Below, in pieces: positions 1 to 9,014 of a DNA stretch of 23,258 nt (position 1 is the first letter of the stretch; each line of letters begins with the position of its first letter). Under the pieces are notes generated by a model, which had not been told where the DNA came from, made no database searches, and worked only from the letters and a program-made list of their open reading frames with translations. A program made the position numbers and the translations under genes. Source of the stretch: Elainellaceae cyanobacterium (GTDB lineage Bacteria; Cyanobacteriota; Cyanobacteriia; CAZCXK01); assembly GCA_051117555.1 (NCBI GenBank), contig JBNPEG010000091.1, positions 1 to 23,258 of the forward strand, in the 5' to 3' direction.

Positions 1-126
1 ATTCAAGAAAGGCGCAGCCTTGCCGAAGGCAATAACCCAACGCCCGCATGGGTTACGCTATCGCTTTAGCGAAGCCATGCCCGAAGGGCTATACCCATCC
101 TACATTTGATTCCGCCCACCTACTTA
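1..126 (-). mobile_element. REP-containing miniature element (REPIN/MITE-like), truncated by the window start, carrying two short inserts
   Basis: Minus strand reads TAAGTAGGTGGGCGGAATCAAAT-GTAGGATGGGT[26-nt insert 67-92]AAGCGATAGCGTAACCCATGC-GGGCGTTGGGTT[insert ~10-33]. GTAG followed by an imperfect palindrome (ATGGGT...ACCCAT) is REP architecture. The core is closely similar to 22916-22973. Confidence 0.65.
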
Positions 127-3100
127 TGCTGGGGTGTCTCCCTCCCGAATGCGCGGAGTGGGCTGACGCTCTGAGTCGGGTTGAACAGACTCGCCCGTCG
201 AAGATGGCTGAGGCGATTGGGGCGGTTCGTGAGGTCCGGAATCGCGATCATCTTTCGTGTCGGAGAATGCCTTGGCTTCGAGGCTTTTGATGACGATATA
301 GGTCACTGGAACAACGAGCAAACTCAAAAACGTTGCGATCAGCAACCCGCCAAACACCACCGTGCCAAGCGACCAGCGGCTTGCTGAGCCAGCGCCCGTC
401 GCAATCACGAGCGGGAAGAAGCCTACCAAACTAGAGATGGCGGTCATCAAGATCGGACGAAACCGTTGTTCAGCTGCGTCAATGGCTGCTCGGGATATAC
501 TCATCCCCTGTTCTCGCGCCTGGTTGGCATATTCCACAATCAGAATGGCGTTTTTACTCGCCAAACCAATCAGCATCACCATCCCCACCTGAGCATACAC
601 ATCTAGGTTTAAGCCGCGTGCCCAAAGAAACGCCAGGGCTCCTAACAGCGCCAGCGGCACGGTCAGCATGATGATGATGGGGTCGATATAGCTCTCATAT
701 TGAGCTGCCAGCACCAAAAATACCACGACGAGCCCCAGCCCAAAGATTAGAGGCGCTTGCCCTCCAGACTCTTCCTCTTGACGGGCTGTACCCTGCCAGG
801 CTTGCCCCAAAACGGGCTGTGCTACTTGCTGATAGGATTGCTCCATCGCGGCGATCGCCTCGCCGGTGCTAAAGCCGGGAGAGGAACTGCCTTGAATTAA
901 GATTGAGCGAAAAATATTGAAATGATTGATCACCTGAGGCCCAGAAATCTGTCGAGTCGTGACGATTTCATTAAGCGGAATCATGCGATCGTCTCTAGAA
1001 CGCACATAAATTTGACCGATATCCTCAGGTTGAGATCGGAATTCACTATCCGCCTGAATATAGACGCGATAGTTGCGCGGACCCAGCGTAAAGTCGTTGA
1101 CATACTGGGACCCCAAATAGGCTCCTAGGGTGGTGAGGGCTTCGTTGAAATCGACGTTGAGCGCCTGAAGGCGATCGCGATCAATATCGAGCTGAATTTG
1201 GGGTGTTCCTGCCGTAAATTGAGTGAACACCTGAGATACGGCTGGGCTTTGATTGGCTGCTCCAATAATCTGATAGGCGCTTCCAACGAGTTCTTCAATG
1301 CTCAACTGCCCACCGCTTTGATCAAGAAGCTGAAATTCAAAGCCACCAAAGCTACTTAAGCCTTGAACGGGCGGTGCATTAAAGACGACGACAATGGCCT
1401 CTTGAATTTGAAAAAATTCTTGGCTGAGTCGCCCAATGACTGCCTGTGCGGAGCTGCCTGGCCCCTGCCGCTCACTCCAGTTTTTTAACGATGCAAAGAA
1501 TAGTCCTCGGTTAGGGCTACTTCCCTCAAAGCTAAAGCCCGTAATCATAAACGTGCTACGAACTTCTGGAACCTCCTGAAGCCGAGTATCAATCCGATCC
1601 ATCACCTCTTGTGTGTAGTCTACCGACACTCCTTCAGGAGCCTGCACGATGCCGATGAAGTATCCCTGATCCTCTTCAGGGACAAATCCGCTAGGGACAA
1701 ACCGATACATAAATGCCGTCAGCACGAGAAGTCCGGCAAAAATTGCCATCACGAGCCACTTCATGTGCACGAGGCGGTCGATTGCATGCCGATATTGACG
1801 AGTGACCCAGCCAAAGCCTCGATTAAACCGCCCAAAAAACCAGCCTAGCGGCCCGTGGCGATCGCCCTCACGTCGGCGACGCAGCAAAATAGCAGAGATA
1901 CTGGGCGAAAAACTGAGGGCATTAAAGGTCGAAATCGCAACGGCAAAAGCAATGGTTAATGCAAACTGCTGGTAGATCTTTCCAGTCGTTCCCGGGAAAA
2001 ATGCGACAGGAATAAACACAGCCATGAGCACCAGCGAGGTTGAAACGACAGCACTCGCCAGTTCATTCATACAGTCAAGGGCAGCCTGTCGAGGTTTCAT
2101 GCCCTGCTCAAGTTTGGAGGCGATCGCCTCGACCACGATAATGCCATCATCAACCACCAATCCCGTAGCCAGCACGCAGCCAAACAGCGTCAAGGTATTG
2201 ATAGAGAAGCCAAACGCTAAAAGAAGCGCCATGGTTCCGATGAGGGCAACTGGAATGGCGATCGAGGGAATCACGGTTGCCCGCCAGTCTTGGAGGAAGA
2301 TAAAGATGATTAAGATAACTAGCGCAACCGCCAGAACAAGCGTTGTCACCACCTCGGAGAGCGACTGCGTAACAAACTCGGTCGTGTCAAACGCAACCCT
2401 TGCCTCCATACCGGGTGGAAAATTCTGCTCTAGCTCGGCCATCCGAGCCTTGACCCCATTGGCCACATCTAGAGCATTACTCCCTGGAAGCTGATAGATT
2501 CCGATGCCGACTCCGGGGCTGCTTGTAATCCGAACATTACTGTTATAGTTTTCAGCCCCTAGCTCCGCTCGCCCCACATCCTTGAGTTTGATTAGGGTTC
2601 CATCGTCGGCAACTTTAAGGACTAAGTTTTCAAATTCACTGGCATCTTCCAAACGCCCTTGAACTCGTAGCGTAAATTCATACGATTGCTCGTTTGGATT
2701 GGGTTCTGCGCCAATTGCTCCCAACCCAACCTGAATATTCTGCTCTCGCAATGCGCTGGCGACATCATCTGCCGTTAAGTCTCGACTGGCTAACGCATTG
2801 GGATCGAGCCAGAGTCGCATCGCGTACTGGCGCTCACCGAAGATTTGAACCTGTCCAACCCCATCGATTCGTTTGAGTTCGTCAAAGATAAACAGGTCGA
2901 CATAATTGCTTAAAAAGATGCTGTCATAGGTTTCATCTTCAGACAGAATCCCGTAGACCAGCAGAATCGTATTTGATGTTTTCTCGGTTGTGACTCCGGT
3001 TTGCAAGACTGCATCGGGCAGGTTGGGTTCAGCCGTCGAGACGCGGTTTTGCACATCCACCTGGGCCTGATCCTTGTCACGGTCGGGATCAAACGTCACA

Positions 3101-3384
3101 GTAATCGAGCTCGTGCCATCATTACTGCTGCTTGAGGTCATATACTGCATGCCCTCAACGCCGTTAATCTCTCGCTCCAAGATCGTCGTGACGGTGTTTT
3201 CAACGGTTTCGGCATCAGCCCCGATATAGTTGGCTTGAACCTGCACCTGAGGCGGCGCAATGTCAGGCAACTGAGCAATCGGCAGGAGTGGAATGGCGAC
3301 AATGCCCGCTAACAGAATCAGCAGGCTGCAAACCGTCGTTAAAACGGGTCGCCTAATGAAGGTATCAGAAATAGAGAGCAGCAT
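124..3384 (-). CDS. RND efflux transporter permease, HAE1/AcrB family
   Basis: 1086-aa ORF with an N-terminal FIRRPV, proton-relay motifs GLVVDDGIIVVE and GLASKNAILIVE, RFRPILMT, and two large periplasmic domains between hydrophobic blocks. Confidence 0.96.
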   Translation of the reverse strand: MLLSISDTFIRRPVLTTVCSLLILLAGIVAIPLLPIAQLPDIAPPQVQVQANYIGADAETVENTVTTILEREINGVEGMQYMTSSSSNDGTSSITVTFDPDRDKDQAQVDVQNRVSTAEPNLPDAVLQTGVTTEKTSNTILLVYGILSEDETYDSIFLSNYVDLFIFDELKRIDGVGQVQIFGERQYAMRLWLDPNALASRDLTADDVASALREQNIQVGLGAIGAEPNPNEQSYEFTLRVQGRLEDASEFENLVLKVADDGTLIKLKDVGRAELGAENYNSNVRITSSPGVGIGIYQLPGSNALDVANGVKARMAELEQNFPPGMEARVAFDTTEFVTQSLSEVVTTLVLAVALVILIIFIFLQDWRATVIPSIAIPVALIGTMALLLAFGFSINTLTLFGCVLATGLVVDDGIIVVEAIASKLEQGMKPRQAALDCMNELASAVVSTSLVLMAVFIPVAFFPGTTGKIYQQFALTIAFAVAISTFNALSFSPSISAILLRRRREGDRHGPLGWFFGRFNRGFGWVTRQYRHAIDRLVHMKWLVMAIFAGLLVLTAFMYRFVPSGFVPEEDQGYFIGIVQAPEGVSVDYTQEVMDRIDTRLQEVPEVRSTFMITGFSFEGSSPNRGLFFASLKNWSERQGPGSSAQAVIGRLSQEFFQIQEAIVVVFNAPPVQGLSSFGGFEFQLLDQSGGQLSIEELVGSAYQIIGAANQSPAVSQVFTQFTAGTPQIQLDIDRDRLQALNVDFNEALTTLGAYLGSQYVNDFTLGPRNYRVYIQADSEFRSQPEDIGQIYVRSRDDRMIPLNEIVTTRQISGPQVINHFNIFRSILIQGSSSPGFSTGEAIAAMEQSYQQVAQPVLGQAWQGTARQEEESGGQAPLIFGLGLVVVFLVLAAQYESYIDPIIIMLTVPLALLGALAFLWARGLNLDVYAQVGMVMLIGLASKNAILIVEYANQAREQGMSISRAAIDAAEQRFRPILMTAISSLVGFFPLVIATGAGSASRWSLGTVVFGGLLIATFLSLLVVPVTYIVIKSLEAKAFSDTKDDRDSGPHEPPQSPQPSSTGESVQPDSERQPTPRIREGDTPA

Positions 3385-3587
3385 AAATTCCGGCGTCTAA
3401 GCGGACAGAGTGGATCAAACCAGATATCGTTATTTCCGATAAGACCTCGGGCTTGATTCACGATACAGATGGGGCAAAAGCAGTTTGAACAATGCCCATC
3501 AAGGGCGTGGCGATCGCAACGGAACAGGATGTAGAAAGATAAGGATACACAAAGATGAGGATGCAAAAACTAAGGCGATTCAGACTC

Positions 3588-4889
3588 TTAAGCACCCGGC
3601 GGAGCCGATTCAGATTCAGGTTCAGATTCAGATTCGGACTCAGGCTGAATGGGTGCGCCGTCTCTTAGTTTGAGAATATTAGAAACGATAATCCGTTCGC
3701 CTGACTCAATGCCATCTAGAATTTGGTAGCTATTTCCTTGAATCGGGCCGAGCTGGACAGGGCGTTGACGAGCAATTTGAACGGTTTCTCCTTCGACTGT
3801 ATCTCGCTCTGCCACATAGACAAAACTCTGTCCCCCGATACGAGAGATTGAAACAGTCGGGACTAGTAAACCGGGGCTGTTCTGCCAAATCACTCTGGCA
3901 CGAACAAACTGCCCGTCTCGAAGATTACTGGTATTTGAGAAAGTTGCCTTTGCCAAAATGACTTGAGCATCCGTATCGACACTCGGAGCAACAAAGCTAA
4001 TTCGTCCGGTCGCCAGGGGAGTATCTTGTTCTGGGTCGCTCAACTCAACCGGAAGGCCGACCCGAAGCTGCGATGCACGAGTTGCTGGAATTGAAACAAG
4101 CAAATCCAGCGTATCATTCTGAACAATCGTTGTCAGGCTTTCTCCGACATCTACATAGTCGCCAACTTTGACGGTAATGTCGCCAACCATTCCAGAAATG
4201 GGCGACACAATGCGGTTATACTGCAAATCTTCCTGAGCCACGTTGATCTGAGCTTGAGCTTGGTCAGAGGCGGCTCTCTCTTGAGACACTCGCGCTCTTG
4301 CTGCGTTGACTCGGTCTTCGGCGGCTTGCAAATTGGCGATCGCCGAATCAAGGTCACGGCGGGCTGAATCTCGTTGTTGTTCAGACTGGGCACCTTCTTG
4401 GACGAGATAGTCGGCTCGCTCGAAATCTGCGCGGGCGAGTTCCAAATCTGCCGCCGCGCTTTCCTGTTCGGCAGTCGCAGCCCTCAGATCGGCTTCGGCA
4501 GTTCTAAGAGCGGCACGAGACGCATTGGCATTGGCGATCGCGCTGTTGACCTCTGCCTGATTTCGATCGGGACGAAGCTGAATCAGAGGAGTGCCGGGTT
4601 CGACAGACTCACCTTCAGCCGCATAGATTTCGACGATTCGCCCCTCAATTTGAGGTTTGAGGTTGACTATATCGCTGGCTTCTAACGCACCCACGAACTC
4701 AGAACTTTCTTCAACGGTTCCGCCTTGAACATTTTGCAGCCGAACCGGAACGGGAGGAGGCCCAGACGCATCAGCAGGAGGGTTGCCAGAACCGCAGCCA
4801 CTGGTTAATCCAGCAGTCGCCAGTGAAAGAAAAAAAACTGCTCCTGCAACCGTTCCGGGGAATGAACACCGATAACTAAGTTTCGACAT
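3588..4889 (-). CDS. RND efflux periplasmic adaptor (membrane fusion protein), probable lipoprotein
   Basis: 433 aa. Hydrophobic N-terminus with a lipobox-like LTSGC, lipoyl half-motifs (LKPQIEGRIVEI; IVSPISGMVG) around an Ala-rich coiled-coil hairpin, and GIESGERIIV. Lies directly upstream of the permease. The C-terminal ES/EP tail is encoded by GATTCA-type hexamer repeats. Confidence 0.95.
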   Translation of the reverse strand: MSKLSYRCSFPGTVAGAVFFLSLATAGLTSGCGSGNPPADASGPPPVPVRLQNVQGGTVEESSEFVGALEASDIVNLKPQIEGRIVEIYAAEGESVEPGTPLIQLRPDRNQAEVNSAIANANASRAALRTAEADLRAATAEQESAAADLELARADFERADYLVQEGAQSEQQRDSARRDLDSAIANLQAAEDRVNAARARVSQERAASDQAQAQINVAQEDLQYNRIVSPISGMVGDITVKVGDYVDVGESLTTIVQNDTLDLLVSIPATRASQLRVGLPVELSDPEQDTPLATGRISFVAPSVDTDAQVILAKATFSNTSNLRDGQFVRARVIWQNSPGLLVPTVSISRIGGQSFVYVAERDTVEGETVQIARQRPVQLGPIQGNSYQILDGIESGERIIVSNILKLRDGAPIQPESESESEPESESAPPGA

Positions 4890-4932
4890 TGGAATTAAAC
4901 TCTAGCGGGAGGTTTGGACGATTACGTTGATG

Positions 4933-4948
4933 TTGATACAAATATCAA
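4933..4948. promoter_or_regulatory. Palindromic operator candidate upstream of the RND operon
   Basis: Perfect 6-4-6 inverted repeat TTGATA-caaa-TATCAA about 45 bp upstream of the adaptor start codon. Confidence 0.4.
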
Positions 4949-5050
4949 ACCCGTTGCACGTTCTTCACTGGATGACGCTGACTGCACTAAAGCCTGGGAC
5001 AATACAAGCGATCCTACCAAAATTCCTCAGATTTGGGATGGTTTCAGTCT

Positions 5051-6322
5051 TCAGTCTTCATTCAGCTTCCATTGAGAACGGGGCGGTTCGGTGTGGGTAA
5101 TGAGCTGCCCTCGGGAAATTACATATCGGACTGTAGCGCGGCGGCGGATGACATCGTAGCGATCGCTCCCATCCAATACGATTAAATTTGCAGGCTTGCC
5201 CACCTCCACGCCATACTGATCCTCGACATGTAGCGTTTTCGCTCCGTTCCACGTCACCATGTCATAGCACGCATCCATTTCTGAGGTGCCAGTCATCTGG
5301 CAGACATGCAGCGCCATACTAGCGACATCGAGCATGTTTCCAGTCCCCAGGGAATACCACGGATCTTGAATACAATCATGCCCTAAGCTCACATTCAGAC
5401 CACGTTGCCAAAGTTCTTTAACTCGCGTCACGCCGCGCCGCTTGGGATAGGTATCGGTTCGCCCTTGAAGCGTGATGTTAATCAAGGGATTGGCAATGAA
5501 ATTAATTTGGGCGCGGTCTAAGAAACTCATCAATTTCAGGGCATAGGCGTTGTTATAGGAGCCAAATGCCGTCGTATGGCTGGCTGCAACCTGTGCTCCA
5601 TTGCCATGACGAATGGCACAGGCTGCAATCACGTCTAAGAATCGAGACTGATCGTCATCGATTTCATCACAATGCACATCGATGAGCCGGTCATATTTTT
5701 CGGCCAATTCAAATACGCGATGCATTGATTGCACACCGTCCTCGCGCGTCAGCTCATAGTGGGGGATACCGCCCACGGCATCTGCGCCAAGTCGAAGGGC
5801 TTCTTCGATCAGTTCTTCATTTTGAGGGCTGCCATAAATCCCGTCTTGGGGAAATGCCACTACTTGGAGGGTGATCCAATCTTTCACAGCGTCTCGCACA
5901 TCCAATAATCCTTGAAGGGCAATTAGCTTGTGTTCACTTACGTCAGCGTGGCTGCGTACAAACAAAACGCCTTGCATGGCCTGCTGTTTAAGGGCTGCGA
6001 TCGCTCTCTCTTTTACGTCTTCTGGTGTCAGTGACTGTTTTCGCTCTCGCCAAATTTCAATGCCTTCAAACAAAGTACCGCTTTGGTTCCAGCGCGGTTC
6101 TCCAGCAGTCATCACCGAATCGAGATGAATATGAGATTCGACAAAGGGGGGGCTAACGACCTGATGGCGGATATCAAGCTCTAGCTGGGCTGACTGGTCG
6201 AGGTGCGGAGCAATTGCTTGAATGACTCCATCTGTGATGCCAATATCAACGGTGTCAGTCGGGCGATCGCGCTGCAAAAGCCGACAGTGACGCAGCAGTA
6301 GATGAAACATCTGATCTGACAT
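5051..6322 (-). CDS. codA: Cytosine deaminase (amidohydrolase superfamily, E. coli CodA type)
   Basis: Motifs VESHIHLD, WNQSGTLFEGIEIW, VAFPQDG, GGIPHYE, DVHCDEIDD, SHTTA, YPKRRGVTRVKEL, GHDCIQDPWYSLG. Confidence 0.92.
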   Translation of the reverse strand: MSDQMFHLLLRHCRLLQRDRPTDTVDIGITDGVIQAIAPHLDQSAQLELDIRHQVVSPPFVESHIHLDSVMTAGEPRWNQSGTLFEGIEIWRERKQSLTPEDVKERAIAALKQQAMQGVLFVRSHADVSEHKLIALQGLLDVRDAVKDWITLQVVAFPQDGIYGSPQNEELIEEALRLGADAVGGIPHYELTREDGVQSMHRVFELAEKYDRLIDVHCDEIDDDQSRFLDVIAACAIRHGNGAQVAASHTTAFGSYNNAYALKLMSFLDRAQINFIANPLINITLQGRTDTYPKRRGVTRVKELWQRGLNVSLGHDCIQDPWYSLGTGNMLDVASMALHVCQMTGTSEMDACYDMVTWNGAKTLHVEDQYGVEVGKPANLIVLDGSDRYDVIRRRATVRYVISRGQLITHTEPPRSQWKLNED

Positions 6323-6476
6323 AGCAGTGAAAATTAGTGACCATAAACAGCCGTTGAATTATTGTAGTGCGCCCTCTGATATAGTTTGTACACACTTTTT
6401 ACCCACCCCTGACCCATGTGCTGCCCACAAACCAATCACCCAATGGGTGCTCAAAGCCCATGGGGTGAGGCGTCTA

Positions 6477-8555
6477 TCAGGTTGCCTGCCAGATTTTGAT
6501 AGTTTTATCAGAACTGCCGCTGATAAAGAGTTGGCCAGTGCGGTCAAAGGCGATCGCATTGATGGTGTCTAGGTGATCGGTCAAGGTTGCGATTAATCGC
6601 CCATCATCGCATGACCAAATTTTCAAGGTTTTATCATTACTGGCACTCAGTACCGTATGACCGTCTGGGTTAAACGCCACCGCATTGACCTCTCTAGCAT
6701 GACCTGACATATCATGCATCAATGTCCCAGTGTGGGCATTCCAGAGTCGGATTGATCGATCTTTGCCTGCGCTGGCAATCAGTTTGCTATTTGGGCTGAT
6801 GGCGACCGCATGAAGTGACCCAATGTGGGCGAGCCACTCGTGCTGCAACTCTGCCGTTTGCATACTCCATCGCTTGATTTTTTTGTCAAACCCAACGCTG
6901 ACAAAGTATTTGCTATCTGGGCTAATGGCTAACGATTTGACAATGCTGGCGGCCCCAAACGGAGTTTTTAGAAGCTTACCCGTCTCCAACTGCCAGACTC
7001 GCAGCGTTCGGTCTTCGCCACCGCTAATCAGATATTGCCCGTCTGGGCTGATGGCTACAGCGGTCACATCCCGCGTGTGCCCGGTCAATGTGCGAATTAA
7101 TTCACCCGAAAACAGATTCCAGATCTTAATGCTGTAGTCGTCGCTTGCACTCGCCAATACTTTCCCATCTGGGCTAATGGCGATCGCATTGACCGCTTTT
7201 GTATGGCCTCGGAGAGTGAATAGCGATTCCCCCGTTTGCAGATTCCAGACTTTGACGGTGTCATCTAAGCTGCTACTGGCTAGCGTCGGCGTCGCCGGAT
7301 TCACCGCCACACAGGTGACCCAAGATGAGTGTCCGGTTAAGGTAGTCACACACTGCCATGCGTAGGTTTGAGAATTTGCGTTAGCACGAGGCGAAAACCG
7401 TCCCGATACGGGTGGGCGCGACACGGGTGGGCGCGACACGGGTGGCTGCGACGGAACCGGGCGCGACATCGGTTGCCGCGATCTGGGAGGTTGAGAACTC
7501 CGCAAATGAGACACCGGAGGTTTGGATAAACCTGGCTTTGAGGTGGGCGGGCGAGATGAGGGCGGGCGAGACATAGTACGAGATCCGTCTCCCGGTGGAG
7601 GGGACGACGTTGACTTGGATTCTGGCCTTGCGGAATAGGCAGAGGACGATGATAACGAGGGAGTCGCTGTTGACATGGCCTTGAGCACCTCGTCTGCTGA
7701 CTGGTAGCGATCGCTCACCATGTCTTTGATCATCGTGTCTAAAATATGCGCGAGGCGATCGCTCACATCTCGTCCCTGCTTTTGCAACTGCTCCCGCCAT
7801 CGCCAGCACCCCTGGAGAGGATCATATAAATAATCGGGTCTAGTTTTGGTCAGCAGGTGAATGCACGTTGCCCCAATACTATAGACATCGCTTGCCGGAA
7901 ATGCGCGCCCCCCGCGAAACTGCTCCAACGGAGAATATCCTTCTGTGCCAATTCGGGTGCCAGCCTGAGTCGGCAAACTCGCATTAAGCTGCTTTGCCAC
8001 TCCAAAATCGATGAGCATCAGTTGCCCGTCAATTTTTCGCCGCAGAATATTGGTAGGCGTAATATCACGATGAATCACCTGATGCTGATGAATGAAGCTC
8101 AAAATTGGCAAAATATCCAACAAAATTGCTTGGATCTTCTGTTCGCTAAAGGCACCCTGGCGATGCATTTCCTGAAGCAAATTGTGCCCTTCAATAAACT
8201 GCTGGACGAGATAGAGATTCTTCTCGTGTTCAAAATAGGCTAGCAGCGTTGGAATCTGAGGATGTTCACCCAACTCGTACAGGCGGACAGCCTCTTGGTT
8301 AAACAGGTGGATCGCCTTTTCCATGGACTTGGTGCCCTGAATGTAAGGCGAGAACTGCTTAATTACGCAGCGAGCCGATAGTCGGTCTTCATCTAAAGCC
8401 AAATAGGTTCGCGCAAAGCCACCTTGCCCAATCGGCTGCATAGGGCGATACCGACCTCTCAGTAAAGGAATTAGAGGCGTTCCACAATTCCGGCAAACCC
8501 GGTTTGTATCCGGATTAATGGGATTGGTACATTGGGGATTCAGACAACAAACCAT
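6477..8555 (-). CDS. Ser/Thr protein kinase with N-terminal 4-Cys zinc-ribbon prefix and C-terminal WD40 propeller
   Basis: MVCCLNPQC...CRNCG prefix; kinase motifs IGQGGFART, CVIKQF, HRDITPTN, LIDFG, GTEGYSPLE, SDVYSIG; a Pro/Ser/Arg linker; seven GH/AH...W WD40 repeats. Start moved from 8597 (ORF track) to the ATG at 8555 because this family usually begins just before CLNPxC. Confidence 0.93.
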   Translation of the reverse strand: MVCCLNPQCTNPINPDTNRVCRNCGTPLIPLLRGRYRPMQPIGQGGFARTYLALDEDRLSARCVIKQFSPYIQGTKSMEKAIHLFNQEAVRLYELGEHPQIPTLLAYFEHEKNLYLVQQFIEGHNLLQEMHRQGAFSEQKIQAILLDILPILSFIHQHQVIHRDITPTNILRRKIDGQLMLIDFGVAKQLNASLPTQAGTRIGTEGYSPLEQFRGGRAFPASDVYSIGATCIHLLTKTRPDYLYDPLQGCWRWREQLQKQGRDVSDRLAHILDTMIKDMVSDRYQSADEVLKAMSTATPSLSSSSAYSARPESKSTSSPPPGDGSRTMSRPPSSRPPTSKPGLSKPPVSHLRSSQPPRSRQPMSRPVPSQPPVSRPPVSRPPVSGRFSPRANANSQTYAWQCVTTLTGHSSWVTCVAVNPATPTLASSSLDDTVKVWNLQTGESLFTLRGHTKAVNAIAISPDGKVLASASDDYSIKIWNLFSGELIRTLTGHTRDVTAVAISPDGQYLISGGEDRTLRVWQLETGKLLKTPFGAASIVKSLAISPDSKYFVSVGFDKKIKRWSMQTAELQHEWLAHIGSLHAVAISPNSKLIASAGKDRSIRLWNAHTGTLMHDMSGHAREVNAVAFNPDGHTVLSASNDKTLKIWSCDDGRLIATLTDHLDTINAIAFDRTGQLFISGSSDKTIKIWQAT
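7405..7485 (-). repeat. 15-bp tandem coding repeats (PPVSR-like pentapeptides) in the kinase linker
   Basis: ACGGGTGGGCGCGAC occurs twice exactly, followed by degenerate copies; encodes SRQPMSRPVPSQPPVSRPPVSRPPVS. Confidence 0.8.
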
Positions 8556-8919
8556 GATTTGGTAGTGCACGTAGGCGGTCAAGTTGAGATGCGTCATTCA
8601 TCTCAGCCAATTGGGGTCGGCGATTGTCTTATTGATGCCACCGCTATGCCCCAGGAATGCAATCGGAATGAACTAATCTCATAGACGGCATTCCGCGTAA
8701 GCAAGATGAGGCTGCGACAATGGTATTAACCAATCTATGACGAACGCGTCTTACACCGAATCGGCAACACCCTAAACCTCATCGCAGTCAGGCGTGATGC
8801 CCTGACGAACGCCTAAAACGCTTCGGTCCCCGCCTGCATAGACTGATTTTCCTCTTTCAGATTTGTGCAGAATGATTACACGCCAACCCCAATCGTTGTC
8901 AACGCCAGCAGGCACAATA

Positions 8920-8954
8920 AACCAAACAAACTAGGAGGGTTCGCAGACCCTAGC
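8920..8954 (-). terminator. Possible intrinsic terminator downstream of DUF2499-DUF3593
   Basis: Minus strand CTAGGGT-ctgcga-ACCCTCCTAG followed by TTTGTTTGGTTT, about 60 nt after the DUF3593 stop. Confidence 0.4.
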
Positions 8955-9014
8955 CATCGCCACAGATGAGGTGCTAGATTATTGGATTATCTTACAGCCG
9001 ATTAGCTGAGGATG

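Noticed and set aside
48..290. 80-aa plus-strand ORF, and the many other short ORFs antisense to or overlapping long genes
   Set aside because: They are shadow frames of well-supported genes or run through repeat elements, and have no recognisable motifs.
4830..4837. Phase-variable homopolymer (A8) in the adaptor signal region
   Set aside because: The tract is short and explained by Phe codons in a hydrophobic segment; the frame is intact.
124..4889. Missing outer-membrane factor as a sign of an incomplete pump
   Set aside because: Cyanobacteria typically share a TolC-like channel encoded elsewhere, so this is ordinary.
6375..6395. NtcA site upstream of codA
   Set aside because: Only a half match (GTA-N8-ATC), and the spacing to the TACAAT at 6361-6366 does not fit the usual ~22 nt.
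8040..8075. Pseudokinase, because of HRDITPTN instead of HRDIKPxN
   Set aside because: The catalytic Asp and Asn, the VAIK-equivalent Lys and DFG are intact; Lys-to-Ser/Thr variants occur in cyanobacterial kinases.
8760..8815. Glutamine riboswitch (glnA/Downstream-peptide)-like start, CGTTC plus hairpin, on the minus strand
   Set aside because: The conserved GGAAG/E-loop and the closing GAACG elements do not follow the hairpin.
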